From assembly GCF_964355755.1 (NCBI RefSeq), contig NC_092670.1, positions 15,858,795-15,922,794 on the forward strand: DNA of 64,000 nucleotides, written 5' to 3'. The stretch comes from Antedon mediterranea. Its lineage: Eukaryota; Animalia; Echinodermata. Shown here piece by piece: positions 38,510 to 51,475 of the stretch. A program made the translations under genes and the position numbers. Position 1 is the stretch's first letter, and each line of letters begins with the position of its first letter. Below the pieces are notes generated by a model, which saw only the letters and a program-made list of their open reading frames with translations, was not told the origin of the DNA and ran no database searches.

Positions 38510-38688
38510 AAACACCACATATAGTATACTATAAACACCATATATAGTATACTATAAACACCACATATAGTATACTATAAACACCATATATAGTATACTA
38601 TAAACACCATATATAGTATACTATAAACACCACATATAGTATACTATAAACACCATATATAGTATACTATAAACACCATATATAGTAT
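38510..38688. repeat. 23-bp minisatellite (AAACACCAYATATAGTATACTAT), about 8 copies
   Basis: Directly visible tandem units, each containing the palindrome ATAGTATACTAT. Confidence 0.95.
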
Positions 38689-39259
38689 AACTAGTCTAGT
38701 TGATACAATATTACTATTGAATTTGACATGTATAAATATTAATATCAAAATTACCCAGAATTAACTGTCATTTCTTTCTTTCAAAACGTGCAGAAACGAA
38801 AGCACGTTCCTACGGCAACATTTTATGATACATCGTAACAGCCACACACAAAACAGAAAAGAAATGGCCCATAAATAAGTGTTGACTGAGTTTCTTCAAC
38901 ACAAACGGGTTCTCACACAGAAGATTTGTAGGACTTCCGCGCGCATAGAAACCCGTCTCTTTAGTATGAATTTTTCACAACATTTATTTCTCGGATAAAA
39001 AAACGTGTATATTTATCAAACATAATAGTATGAATAAAATATGATATTCTTGTCGACATTCGAATGTTTCATAACATTTGATTAACATTTCGTATGTGCG
39101 CCGACGATTGTTTGCATACCAATACCGACGTAAGTATATAATTTGACAATTTTCATTTTCGAAAATCTTCGTTAACCAATTATTGTAGGAAGCGAAAATT
39201 ATTATAAATTGTTGTTTGTACGCACAATCACAACGCGGCGAAAGGTGACAACATTCTAA

Positions 39260-41420
39260 AACTAGAAAGCCACTCCGAGAGTGCATACCTCCGCCTACTG
39301 TAAAATTCTCCTACATAAGATTTCTCCGGTAAAAAATATATATATATATATATATATTTGTGTGTGTCTTAATGCTGTTTGTGATTTAGGCTAATTTCAC
39401 TACAAGCATGTGTATGCGAGTTTGGGGTAATGGTTATGTAACAAGCGTTTCAATTAACAATACTTCAGTTGACTAACAATAGAACAGCAACGCGAAAATC
39501 AAACGAGTGAATTTGAAAAGAAAATAGGTTTTTTAAACTACTGGCATCAAAAAACGTGCACATTAAATCAAATTATGTTTTAAAATTACAAATCACAAAT
39601 TATAACTCTTGCCTCTTGTAAAAAAATTAATTTTTTGGACAAGTAGTTCTCGAGAAAATGCAATTTCAGTATACTTGTTACTTTAATACTGCTCGCCGGC
39701 TTTTGAAAAATTCTGTCCTATCTTTTAACACTAGCAGGTCTGAAAAGTATACTAAAAAGTGGTCCAGAATTGGGACAATGGTCCCAAAATTTAATGGAAT
39801 GGTCCTTGACCACATATCTATCTGTATATTCATTTTGGTAAAGATCTTGTAATTACTTTTTGAGTAATCCTGCTAACAAACAAACAAACAAACAGATGAA
39901 AGCACTCAGAAACTGAGTGAAGTACTTGGCAAAATATATCCACTGACTGGGAGCATGTTGAAAGATACAATTTCTGCTTTAGGTATTAGCTTTACATGGT
40001 TAAAATACTACTAAGGTTAATAATTTGTTTAAATAATGTTTAATACAAACAATTCCGGCATTACAACAATGACCTTTCTAAAATCAAGATTGACCAGAAT
40101 AACGGTCGAGGAGTGTCTTGAAGCTGTGCGGATTTGCGGCGCTTCTTCCTTAACCCATGTAGTAAGCTTAACCGCGTGACCAGTCGACTAATATTTTGGT
40201 CCATATCAAAGAATATGCCCATATTTAAAAAAAGACAGAATGCGTGCTTTTTAATATATTGTACGGAAGATAAGCTTTTGAGACATGACCAATATATCAG
40301 TTTTCCTGAAAATTAATAGGCATGTTCTGTAAATATATATACCTATGTACAGAATGAAATAAGGAAGGACACACGCAAGTACAGTACTAAAAAAACTAAT
40401 TATCAACTAACAATAGTTTAATTTGAATAAAAATAGAACAGCAACGCGAAAAACAAACGGAAATAGGTTTTTAAAAAATACTCGTATCAAAAAACACTAC
40501 AGCCGGTCTGAAAATAATATCATTTTTGTTATTTGTGAAGTTATTAATAAACCAATTTTGTTGATTTTCAATAGGCATGGTCTGAAAGTAAATACCTATC
40601 TACACCCAAAAATTCAGAAAGATAACTTGAAAACTGTAGGCGCTATCGTGCTAACAAACAAACATACAAACTAGCCTTCGCGCATAGCGCGATACTTGGC
40701 CAAATCAAAATTGGCCTCCTGACATTGACCCAATTTTCACCAAAAGTGTGTTTCTTATGCTGTGTGATTTAGGCTAATTTCACTACAATCATGTGTATAC
40801 GAGTTTGGTGTACAGGTTATGTAACCAGCCTTTCAACGAACAATAGCTTCAGTCGGCTAACAATAGAACAGCAACGCGAAAAACACACGGGTGAATTTGA
40901 AAAGAAATAGGTTTTGTAAACTACTCGCATCAAAAAACCTCTATAATAAATCTAATTCAGTTTTAAAATTACAAATCACAAATTATAACTCTTGCCTCTT
41001 GTACAAAAATGAAGTTTTTTGGACAAGTAGTTCCCGAGAAAATGCAATTTAAGTTTACTTGTTAATTTAAGACTGCTCACCGGCTTTTGATAATCCTGTC
41101 CTATCTTTTAACACTAGCAGGTCTGAAAATAATTTTTAAAAGTGGTCCGTTGTCCGGATTTTAACCAGTCATTCGAATCAAAATTGTGAGCGCTAGAGTG
41201 ATGACAAACAAACAAACACACACACACACACACCCACAAACCGCACCAATCAACATACTTGGCCAATTTTCAATTTGGCCAAGTAACAAACAAAGTAAAT
41301 ACTAAACTTGGCAACATTCTTTTTTGCCAAGTAACAAAGTGAATACTATACTTGGCAAAATTCTTTTTGCCAAGTAACAAACACACGCTACCGATTACAT
41401 ATACCTCCTTGGCGGAGGTA
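39260..41420 (+). mobile_element. Three nested non-autonomous Helentron-type elements
   Basis: Outer element ACTAG..ATACCTCCGCC -> TACCTCCTTGGCGGAGGTA. Middle element about 39892-41375 (TACTTGGCAAAAT..TTTTGCCAAGTA). Inner element about 40670-41284 (ACTAG..ATACTTGGCCAA -> TTGGCCAAGTA). Confidence 0.75.
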
Positions 41421-41868
41421 AAATATGTGTACTTGTTACATAATTTAGAGAAATTCACGGTTATAATAAATAAATTCCATGTACCTTAAACGTACCCGAC
41501 ATTCTTCGTAAACGGAAGCTCATTTGTTTCCGATTGTTTCGTTTATCCTTAGGTCATTATCACTCATTCAAACGACCTGGTTCATCATCTCTATTTTTAC
41601 GTGTAAAGGTACCTATGTTACGTTACGCTGGTCATCAAAACACGTCTTTTAAACCGTGTTCGTGTATACGCGTATTTTAAACCGAGAGACAAGTGACATG
41701 GAAATATAGATACATAATATATAATAAACAAATTGTTGTGTTTGGACACTTTTTAAGACATTTATATACTATACTGTTTTTATGAGATGAGATGTTCAGG
41801 ATTTTAACACTAGTGAGTGTATCACCGGGAACGTTAGTGCGCATCATAAGCATGCATATAACAAATTG

Positions 41869-41990
41869 AAATACAGCCTTACCACGTTAAACATCGGTTC
41901 TAGTCAGACCTCCGAAGTAAAGCAACATTGGGCCCGGTTATAGAGCTTGGGTGGGATATCATGGGAATGTCGGCTCCCATTATAGGCATT
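41869..41990 (+). pseudogene. Degenerate 5S rRNA-derived sequence (possible SINE3 head)
   Basis: TACAGCCTTACCACGTTAAACATCGGTTCTAGTCAGACCTCCGAAGTAAAGCAACATTGGGCCCGGTTA..CTTGGGTGGGA..TGGGAAT..TAGGC is colinear with metazoan 5S rRNA but has many substitutions and indels. Confidence 0.8.
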
Positions 41991-42534
41991 TGAAATTACT
42001 GACTCTTATGGCATCTCCTGCATCTAGTATCTGTCACAGACGTATTGGCTTGTGCCTCTCCTCTGGTTAAGGTGAGCAATGGACGAGAGAAGCCCTAGAT
42101 CAATATGATAGGACCAAACAAGGTGCTTCAAACAGTCCTGGCTTCTCGACAGACGTCGGCCTAAATAAATAAATAAAAGATACAAAAAATATACACAATA
42201 ATAATGTGTTAAACAAGAGAGCGCTCTATTAGGCCTATGTATTTCTTTATGTTTTTGCTGCAAGCAAGTTCGTATTTCAACAGATTTGCTCGTTAACAAG
42301 ACATAATATTTTCGTTTGATGACATTAATAATATTAATCGTACTTATAACAATGCTACTGGCTTTCTTCCTTCTTGAACATCGATATAGATTATAGATTA
42401 TATTAACCCGATAGTTTCGGGCTTTATTCAAGGTCCTCTTAATAATCAATGTAAAAACATCGCGTAATAAACTGTCAACAAGCGACAGTTCAGATGCTCC
42501 ATCCATCAAGCCGTGATTGGTGAAATTGATTACC

Positions 42535-43060
42535 CTGTGCCTACGTCGCAACGCAAGGATATAAGTAGTACGCAAGCGAATTGACCAATCAAAAGCGATG
42601 GATTATTCTAACTGCCGCTTGTGATTGGTAATTTGCTTAAGCTTGGTTCCCACTAGCGACGCAATCTACGCAACGTAAGCAAATAGCCTTCTAAAGCGTG
42701 GTTCCCACTAGCGACGCAACACAAGGACGTAACGCAACGCAAGTGAATTGACCAATCACAAGCGATGGCTTATTCGCTTGTGATTGCTAACTGTCTATAA
42801 CTTCGCTTGTCATTGGTTAAAACGCTTGCGTTGCGTTTACGTCCTTGCGTTACGTTCTAGTGGGAACCAAGCTTAATAATTGTGTTTGCCCCCGTCACGT
42901 CTGCGTGAAATCAAACCTACGATGTTTGCAGTCTCGGTTCCCACTTGTGATTATGCAATGCAACACTTTGCGTCAATACGTTGCGGCGTTGCGTTCTAGT
43001 GGGAACCACGCATTACGTTGCGGCTTACGTTGTTGCGTTGCGTCCTAGTGAACCAAGTTC
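42535..43060. mobile_element. Cluster of nested or tandem family-1 MITEs
   Basis: Multiple GGTTCCCACTAG and CTAGTGGGAACC ends with TTGACCAATCACAAGCGA cores. The best-preserved copy spans about 42692-42873. Confidence 0.8.
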
Positions 43061-46000
43061 TTAAGTCAAAAAATATAATATATAGCGATATGTAGTTGGC
43101 AATCTCTGTTCCATAGTGTCATTTTCGACGCGTCTCCATGTCAACGGTTATACAGAGAATAATAATTCAACTAAATTTCAATGCTATACATATGTTGTTG
43201 TAGAGAACTTTACAATTATACAAGTTTGTTTTAATCGTTTTACTAACAGATGTTACAACAATACAGTATTTATTAAACTAGTATTCTAGTAATATTGCTA
43301 TATTTCAAGTGAGATTGTTGAAGACAAGACCTTGCATTTGATGGCGGTTACAGACTAATGCAAGTGTAATGATTCGTTACACAACTGAGGATAAAAGAAA
43401 TAAACTTCAGAGTACGTGTTAAACGATGAAACACAATGCTATTACAAATACATCACATACAAATGTGGTAAAGTCAGGAGTTCCACATCACATCAATGTC
43501 TGAATAGATAGAGTTCATTATAGAGTAAAGAATAATAGTAAAGTGATTGCTTTTACTGCAATAATAATAGATGTAAAAATACGAATGTGACCAAACAACA
43601 ACTATTGACTCATGATAATGATGGTTACGGTCTATAGATTACTTCGTTGTATATATTTTCTCGAAATTCAGCTCAAGTATAGTATGACACGCCATGTAGG
43701 CCAAAATATTTGTCTTATTAGGAATACTCCATCGTCTATAGACCTAAACTAACTGTATTTATCGATAGACCTATCGTGTAAAGAAATAGAAATGAAACAC
43801 GAAAATGACACAAATAAATTGATCACATTTTAAATCAAGAATAACAATTATAGTGAATTATGAAAGGAAATGATAATGATATTAATGGTAATCAAACAAA
43901 GCCGCAGGCACATGAATTTGCAATTGTGATGAAGTAGTGATCAAATAACATATTGCGTCTCGTGTGACAAGCGTACGTCCAACAGCAGTATGACCTGAAA
44001 AAAGTGTATTCAGAAATGGCGGCAAACCTGGTCCACAGACCACTCGAATATTTGTACTGTTCACATTGTGGCATCTGTATAAACAGGCAAATTTTGAAAT
44101 GCAGTGTAATGTATCACATGTGGCACCTGTACTAAGGTAAGGTATATACCATCTCACATTTTCAAATAAAAGCTTGAAGTTTGTAATAATTCGTCAAGCA
44201 CCCCTTTGCGAGCGCGTACCTAAGCCAACACTTAACTCGAGCTCGATTAATACACATAATACATTTTATTTAGAACGCCCTCTGTACCAATAATCAAATG
44301 GAAACGTCTGAAAGAAGTACTTCGGTTCGGTATCAATCTCTGTAAAACAACAACAATACGAATACGCACTAATCATTTTATAAGGATTTGACGATTATTT
44401 TAATTTGAGCTATCTTGAACAGAGAAAAACAATATAAAAACCACAAAATCCACGTTGAACTACCTACAGTATAATAACTGCTTATCCATTGGATTTAAAA
44501 TCTATTCTACAACAAATCTACTGGATTACTTTATCATTGTATTGTTTTTTTCTTCTTAGAAACTTATATTAAGGCAGTGGCACTGACGTCATACGCAGTT
44601 ACGCCTCCCATTTTTTTTTCGGATCACAAAAAAGGTATCATCTATAGATTGAAGCTATATTTCTTAATAAATTATATACTATTGATGAATTGAATTCATC
44701 CAATCACGTCTTAGTATCACATGATGCTTAGGCCTGAGCGCACAGTAGTTTAGATTATGTTTACAAATATGTTTTTCGTACATCTGTCATACAATTGAAA
44801 CATTTGCCAGGTTTTCAAATACTGTAGACTTCAACCAATCCAAAGCACTCACAGATCGTCATCATTATCTGTTCGCTCGTTTTGCGTCATTTGTGAGCGA
44901 GTTAGCGATTCGCAACCGAACTTCAATTTTCAATTTATTTGAACGTTGACTACCAAACTGAACGTACGCTAAACAATGCTCTAGTAAACTGGCAGACAAC
45001 AAACATGTAATTTTTAATTCCTTTTATCTATTTGGACAAATACAATAATTTGCAATACTTACAGTAAACCGTAAGTAGAAACAGTTTTATTGCTCTAATT
45101 TATAACATTTATGGCTTTATGTACACACAGCAATATCATTATTGATACACGCACGTTTAAATGTGGGATTCTATGAAACCTGTGCGCATCAACAATTGAA
45201 GGTAAATATTGAGTAATGTAAGAATAAATTAAGATGCTCATCAACATATGCTAAGGACTACAATAACTGGAGGTAATTATTGAGTAATGTGTGTAGTTGG
45301 TCGCTTTCTTGTCGATGCTTTTATTGTAGAACGTAATTTATTTATTTTTGTCTGTTCTGGGTTGACCAACTAGCATAGGTGTTTAGCACCTGTTTGGTCT
45401 TTCCGTGCCTCCTTTTATAATATATGTTTATGGCAGAAATTGAATAAATAAAAAAATAAATAAATAAATAATGTAAATTAAGAGTTGTAGTTAGACTAGT
45501 GCTATTTTATATATCTTTATTGAAGAGAATAAAAGTGGGACACGACACCCACCAAAGTGAAAAAAAACTATGTTAAGGATTATACGTCGGACCGGCTATT
45601 ATTATTTAATATTATTTTCATCTCAGTGAATTTTGAAAACAGAAAACCACACAAATCGCAAATTATTATATCGCAGTGTGTAACGAAGTTACAGGAATAC
45701 GAATGTCACTTTTAAGGTTTTTTATATTGTATTTTTATATATTTTTCCTTGAGAAAAACAAATCTGTAGTTTTTATAATCATTCATAACATTCATGAAGC
45801 TTGTGGTTTTAATGAAATTCTACTTTTTGTTTATATTTGTTATCTGGAGAAATTATTATTCATAACTCATAATGGGACCGGAAGGTTTTCAATTTCCTAG
45901 TAAGGCATAATTTCATTAAAAACTTAATTAAGACATACGTGTTATTGTTCTTATTGTATTCTTAGAAATACTGACATGAATTATACGCAAATCATGAAAC

Positions 46001-46434
46001 TATACCTCTCACTAGAGAGGTCTGTAGCACATCTAACATTAATTAATTTTGTTCTGCGATTGTTTTATTTTTCATAAATCTTATTATCAACATTCATTCT
46101 CTTGTTCTTATTTATTAATACTTAGCGTGTTCTCATCACAGTACGAGGCCTACTTGGCATCAGTCCCTTGTTGTGATGCTATTTTTCCCTGTTAACTTGT
46201 TCAAGGTTTACTTACAAACTGACACGAACGTAAAATTTAATATTGGTAATAAAAGAAGAATTAGAGCATTGCACAAACTAAAGGGTTTTATCATACCAAG
46301 CGTTCGTCGTGTGAGTGCACGTACCAAGCATAACTATTTGTCGAGAAAAGGTAAATCCACAGTTTGTTCAGTTTCACGGATCGGACGACGGTGCCATTGC
46401 AGCCGTTTTGTAAAATAATGGAACAACGCCGTCT

Positions 46435-46610
46435 TCCGTTCCGTCTCGACGTTATGCTATAGAGAATTGAACGGTGGGGAATTATGTTCCGTTAAACGGA
46501 ACGAACTGTCGATGTTATGCTATAAAGAATTGAACGGAGGGGAATTATGTTCCGTTAAACGGAACGAACTGCGGATGTCAGCTGTAGAAAACTGAACGAC
46601 GGGGAAACCG
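46435..46610. repeat. About 63-bp tandem repeat, about 3 copies
   Basis: GTTATGCTATARAGAATTGAACGGWGGGGAATTATGTTCCGTTAAACGGAACGAACTG is repeated. Confidence 0.85.
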
Positions 46611-47292
46611 TAAATGTAGGAAATGCCAATACACACAAGAGACACTGTGACAAATGTAATGCAACTAAACCTATATTAAACAAGTATTGTTCTTAGCCCA
46701 ACTTGATGCATTGATGAACAAAGAACTATGAATTAACAATAATTTAATTCAAACTCCGATCCGATTAAAAAAAAAATGAAATGAAGAAGTTAAACCATCC
46801 AGAAATCGGGTTGAATAACAGTTCATTCGGACAAACAGCAAAACACTTGATGAAAATCGAAAATGATCTCAAGAACATGACTACAAGCAACCGCTAATGA
46901 AAAATGAGAGATGGCATACATATGACCCTATGAATGTTGACGAACAAGTCCCGCAAGTAATGTGAATGAACTAAAAACATAATCAACAAAAATACCTTGT
47001 CTCCATCCGAAAGCAGCAAAGCACAAAATCTTATTAATATCGTTTTCAAAATTGGATAAAACATATCCGAGGTCTTTCCGGGTGATGCATAGTTAATCAA
47101 TGTTTGACAAAAACAGACAGAAAACTAGGAAAACTACTCACAACTATTTTGATTATAACCATAATAAATTAATGTATATAACTGCAATTGGCAATTGTCT
47201 AAACTGCAGCGTATAGATATACATATCGAGAAGCAGAAGCTATACGGGTGTGCTGGGTCTACTTTATAGAAGATATCATCATGCGAGTTTGA

Positions 47293-47445
47293 AGCTCTGT
47301 CTACACTATAAAACTTTATGCGACAAAAAATGTGATGTGCACATATGGACATGGTGATGCCATATCACTACCACATTTGGGCATACCACTACCATATTTG
47401 GGCACATCATCCATTTTATTTGTCACAACTAGTTTGATAGTGCAT
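47293..47445. mobile_element. MITE family 2
   Basis: AGCTCTGTCTACACTATAAAACT...AGTTTGATAGTG. Confidence 0.7.
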
Positions 47446-47597
47446 ACAGTACCACGCGCTTGGCAATAAAAATGAAACTATGAATAAATACAATGAATAA
47501 CGAAGCGCAATTGAAGAAACAGTACCGCCTAAAGTTGAATCATGTATTAACGTTTCCGTACCATGAATTTTATTGTTTGATGGCGAAATCAAATGTT

Positions 47598-47724
47598 GAT
47601 ATAAAATTTTCGGTACACCACGATATAAAGTTTGCGGTACACCACGATATAAAGTTTGCGGTACACCAAGATATAAAGTTTGCGGTACACAACGATATAA
47701 AGTTTGCGGTACACAACGATATAA
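47598..47724. repeat. 24-bp minisatellite (GATATAAAGTTTGCGGTACACCAC), about 5 copies
   Basis: Directly visible. A single-unit version with the same left flank lies at about 3885-3933. Confidence 0.9.
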
Positions 47725-47977
47725 ACATTGAATTATTGTTATGAGAGAATGCGCTGTTAATTTTAAAGTTTATTTTAAAATGTTATCATTTCAAACAATT
47801 GGTTAATAAATGAATATCGGTGACAGTTGAGGCCTTTAAAAATCTGTTTAATGTAGAAAGTTGTAAAAGATTACGAATGCATTAACGACACATTTTAGTG
47901 CAGTTTAAGCTTGTATGGTGATTGCGTATGATGTTTGTAAAGCCAAATAAGTCGTTCCACCCAGTATAAATATATAT

Positions 47978-48030
47978 TTCAATTCAATTCAATTCAATTC
48001 AATATTTCAATTCAATTCAATTCAATTCAA
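47978..48030. repeat. (TTCAA)n microsatellite
   Basis: Two runs of TTCAA. Confidence 0.9.
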
Positions 48031-51000
48031 ATGGAAAATTAATATTGTGGATATTTATATCAATTTATCACAATTAATCAACCTTGTGTAACAAGAAACA
48101 CACGGGTATGTATAAGCATAGATAGGCATGTAAAAATAAGACAAATACATGTTTCCTAAAATGCACAGAACATGAAAAGTGCTAACTCAGTTTTTAACGA
48201 CAATTTTATAGAGGTATTCCAGTTGCATTGCGAAACACATAGCGGCTCACATCGTATTACTTTCTCTCGTCTTAATATAACAAATAATAATAAAAGCAAT
48301 GGGATATCAATCATTCGAGAATTCCATATATGCGAGTCATTGATCTAGTAATACATTTTTTTTTCAATCTTTACTTATTATTAAAAGTAAGGTCTGGTGT
48401 ATTGCCTCAATAATAACGCTTTACAATAATTGACTGCTGTTGGCGAGTAGTTACTTATTTGACTTTAAGCATCAACATGATGGCTTAATCATGATTACTT
48501 TCCATTGTTCTTCTTAGAAAATAATCAGACTATAGTGCCGACACTGTGTAAACGCTTTTGGTCGCAGTTTTCTCCCATTTTAACTTTTAACTTAGGCCTA
48601 ACTAATTATCACATCATACAAACAGTACAATATGTGAAAAGGAGCCAAAAAATAGCTTTCACTAATCGAGTTTTGACTTTTGTCACAAAAAATAAATTGG
48701 TCAAAATGAATAAATTTTGATCTAACAACAATAATTCATATAAGAAAGAAAAAACCACTACATAAAAAAAATAAAGTAAAAAAGGGCTAATATTAATGTT
48801 TTTGTAAAAGTAAACATTTAAAAACGTTTTAAACGCGTAGAAACTAAATGAGTTACGGTACTTTAGATTGAGAGCCCAGCATAGACGCACACATTTTTGC
48901 GCATTATTTGCGTTGAGACAATAAGCAATAATATCGACGCGACGCACACGCAAATTGAACAGTGGTACACACTCGCGCGCGTTAAGGACAAAACATGGGC
49001 TGGGGAACACGAAACCGTTAATTTACGCTTAAAAAACATTTCCAGTTCTAACTTTGGCTTAATACAGCACTGTAATATACATTCACTTATTACGCCTGAT
49101 ATATATTCCATAGGTTAACTAAACATATCTTTAATAAATGAAACATTTGCCACACGCATGTTCAAAATGTGTGTAATGAAATTAGTACGACTGTTGTGTA
49201 CAATACAAAAAAAAGTTAAATTTATGAAAATTGGCTTGCAAGAATGATGAATTTTTATAATTATGAAATTGTTAGCTTCAACTCACAAATGAGCATGAAT
49301 CAATAGAAATGTTTCCTTTCACTTGTAATCCAATTGGTAAAAATCAATAAAATGCATGTGTAATATCTAGTGTTAGGCAATTTTATATTAAACTTTCTAA
49401 TAAAAGTAGTTTATTAGATTTAGTACCAATGATCCAAATTATTAATTCGTCTTTGTTGCTATGCAGAAATATTGATTAGTTAAAAAACTGACCGAATTTC
49501 ACGAATTATAATGATATATTAGGTACGTGTATTCTGTTACTCTGTACATTTGAACAGGGTGTACAGTCGTCGAGAAAAGATTGAAATCAATTTTACAGTA
49601 GATAGGGACGACGTAATATCTAGTCCTGTCGTCGCAATTCGAAAGTTTTCTATTTTTTACAGGTTTAACTTTATTTCAAACGAGACAAATCGATTTATTT
49701 TCTACTAAAAAAACACCTGCTTCTGCAAGTTTCAAACTTAAAGTTCCATCTTACCGCTAGCCCACTTTTAGGCCTATCAATGCAGTTCATTCAAAGCATT
49801 GTAATACTACATCATGAGGGTTTATTTTGTTCGAAATTTAAAATGTTATCATCAGAAATGAATTTCTAAGTATTATTATTATTCTGTATGTTCGTACTCA
49901 AACGTGCTTCTAGTCGTACATTATAACCTCATCGCACACAGGAGCCTTCAGGTGACAACATTATGCCGGCGGTGCGATTGCATAGTGTACATTTCAATCA
50001 TTCATTATTCAGTCATCAGTAATCCTTACTTACTCCGGGTTCATCTTGTCTCCAATGAAAGTGCTTGTTACTATGTTGTGTCGTAACCACGTCTAAGTAC
50101 GGTCTTTAACTAATTGAACAGACACATAGGCGCAGTAAGTGCCCAGCACACGTCGACCATAAAACACATACGTTGCATTGTCTAAATAAAAAAAAGTCCT
50201 AAGCTAAGTATTTTCAATCACAAACAAACATAATTCATTACAACTAATTCGACCCTTAAGAAAGAAAGATGTTATTTAAGAGTGAATACGATGTGTATCC
50301 TTTGGCAATAGGAGATACATAAATAGCTTTAATTTATAACTGCTGAATGTTCTTCCTAAACCTGATTGATTAGAATGAGATAAGCTACTCGGAAAGGCAA
50401 GCCAAAAATCAATCGAACAAGCGTGTGTGAAACAGGGTGAACGCGCGCATCATTATCATCAACGTGTGAACGCACGTTTCAAATTATGTGTCTATATATT
50501 CTGTTGTCATGAATTATCGATATAATGGTACTTATTGTGATATTTGTCAATTATCTTTCCTTTTCGTTACATTATTTAGTAATGCATAGTCATACAATAT
50601 TTAATCTGTATTCCGAATTTATGTCAAATCTGTTAAATTATTGAATATACGTACAACAACTATAAATGTAATTAGTCAGAAATATGCTATTAATTACAAT
50701 TACCATTCGTCTGTTAACACCTTTGGCTGAAGTCACGTGGGAATTGCCAACATGCGGTAAATTAAACTGTAGTGATATCAATGAAAGCAATTGTAAAATG
50801 TTTAACTATGTAATCAAAATTAGATCTTTTAACTTAGAGTAAAAAAATAATTATTTTCATGCTTGGTGATTTCTGGCATGTTGGAAAAATTTCTAGTTGA
50901 AAAAGATAGATAGAGATGGGATCGATGACGATTTAAGTTTTGGCATGTACCCAGAGAACCCGAATTTGGTCCCGTCATTAAACAATTTATAATGGTCGTG

Positions 51001-51423
51001 GAACATTTTTAATGTAGTTTTTTTACTGGCCTATATTACATAAAACACATCTTTAAGATACTGACATTTTTCATTTTGCTATTTTTTTCGCAATTGGCTG
51101 TGTTTATTTCTTGGCGCTTTCATAATATGCGCGCGTCTTAAAAGCAGCATATATGATTGATGGATTCTGTCGTTGTAGTATTTGTATTTGTAATTCTTGA
51201 TTTATTTATAAACTATTGTTTACTAATAGCCTACCGTACTAGCGATTAGGTACATGCATCACATACCATACTACGCTAAGCGGACTTGATTTCCAGGTTA
51301 AGCCTCGTGTACAGTATGACAAACTACATGCAATTCAACGAGACATATTTATCTAAGACCTATCTTAAAGTTAAGTTATAGTTTATTGCTTAGTATCTAA
51401 ATATGTTTTATTTTCTGCTGTAC

Positions 51424-51425
<2 letters not shown>

Positions 51426-51474
<49 letters not shown>
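51426..51474. repeat. (TA)n microsatellite
   Basis: About 24 TA units. Confidence 0.95.

Positions 51475-51475
<1 letters not shown>

Noticed and set aside
41869-41990. Functional 5S rRNA gene
   Set aside because: It has too many substitutions and indels, including in the box C region, and is a solitary copy.
42024-42575. 183-aa minus-strand ORF
   Set aside because: It spans a MITE edge, AT-rich DNA and the SINE-like body, with no coherent protein features.
43882-44157. Possible exon (Cys-containing frames, AAG|GTAAGG donor)
   Set aside because: No recognisable homology and no partner exons were found.
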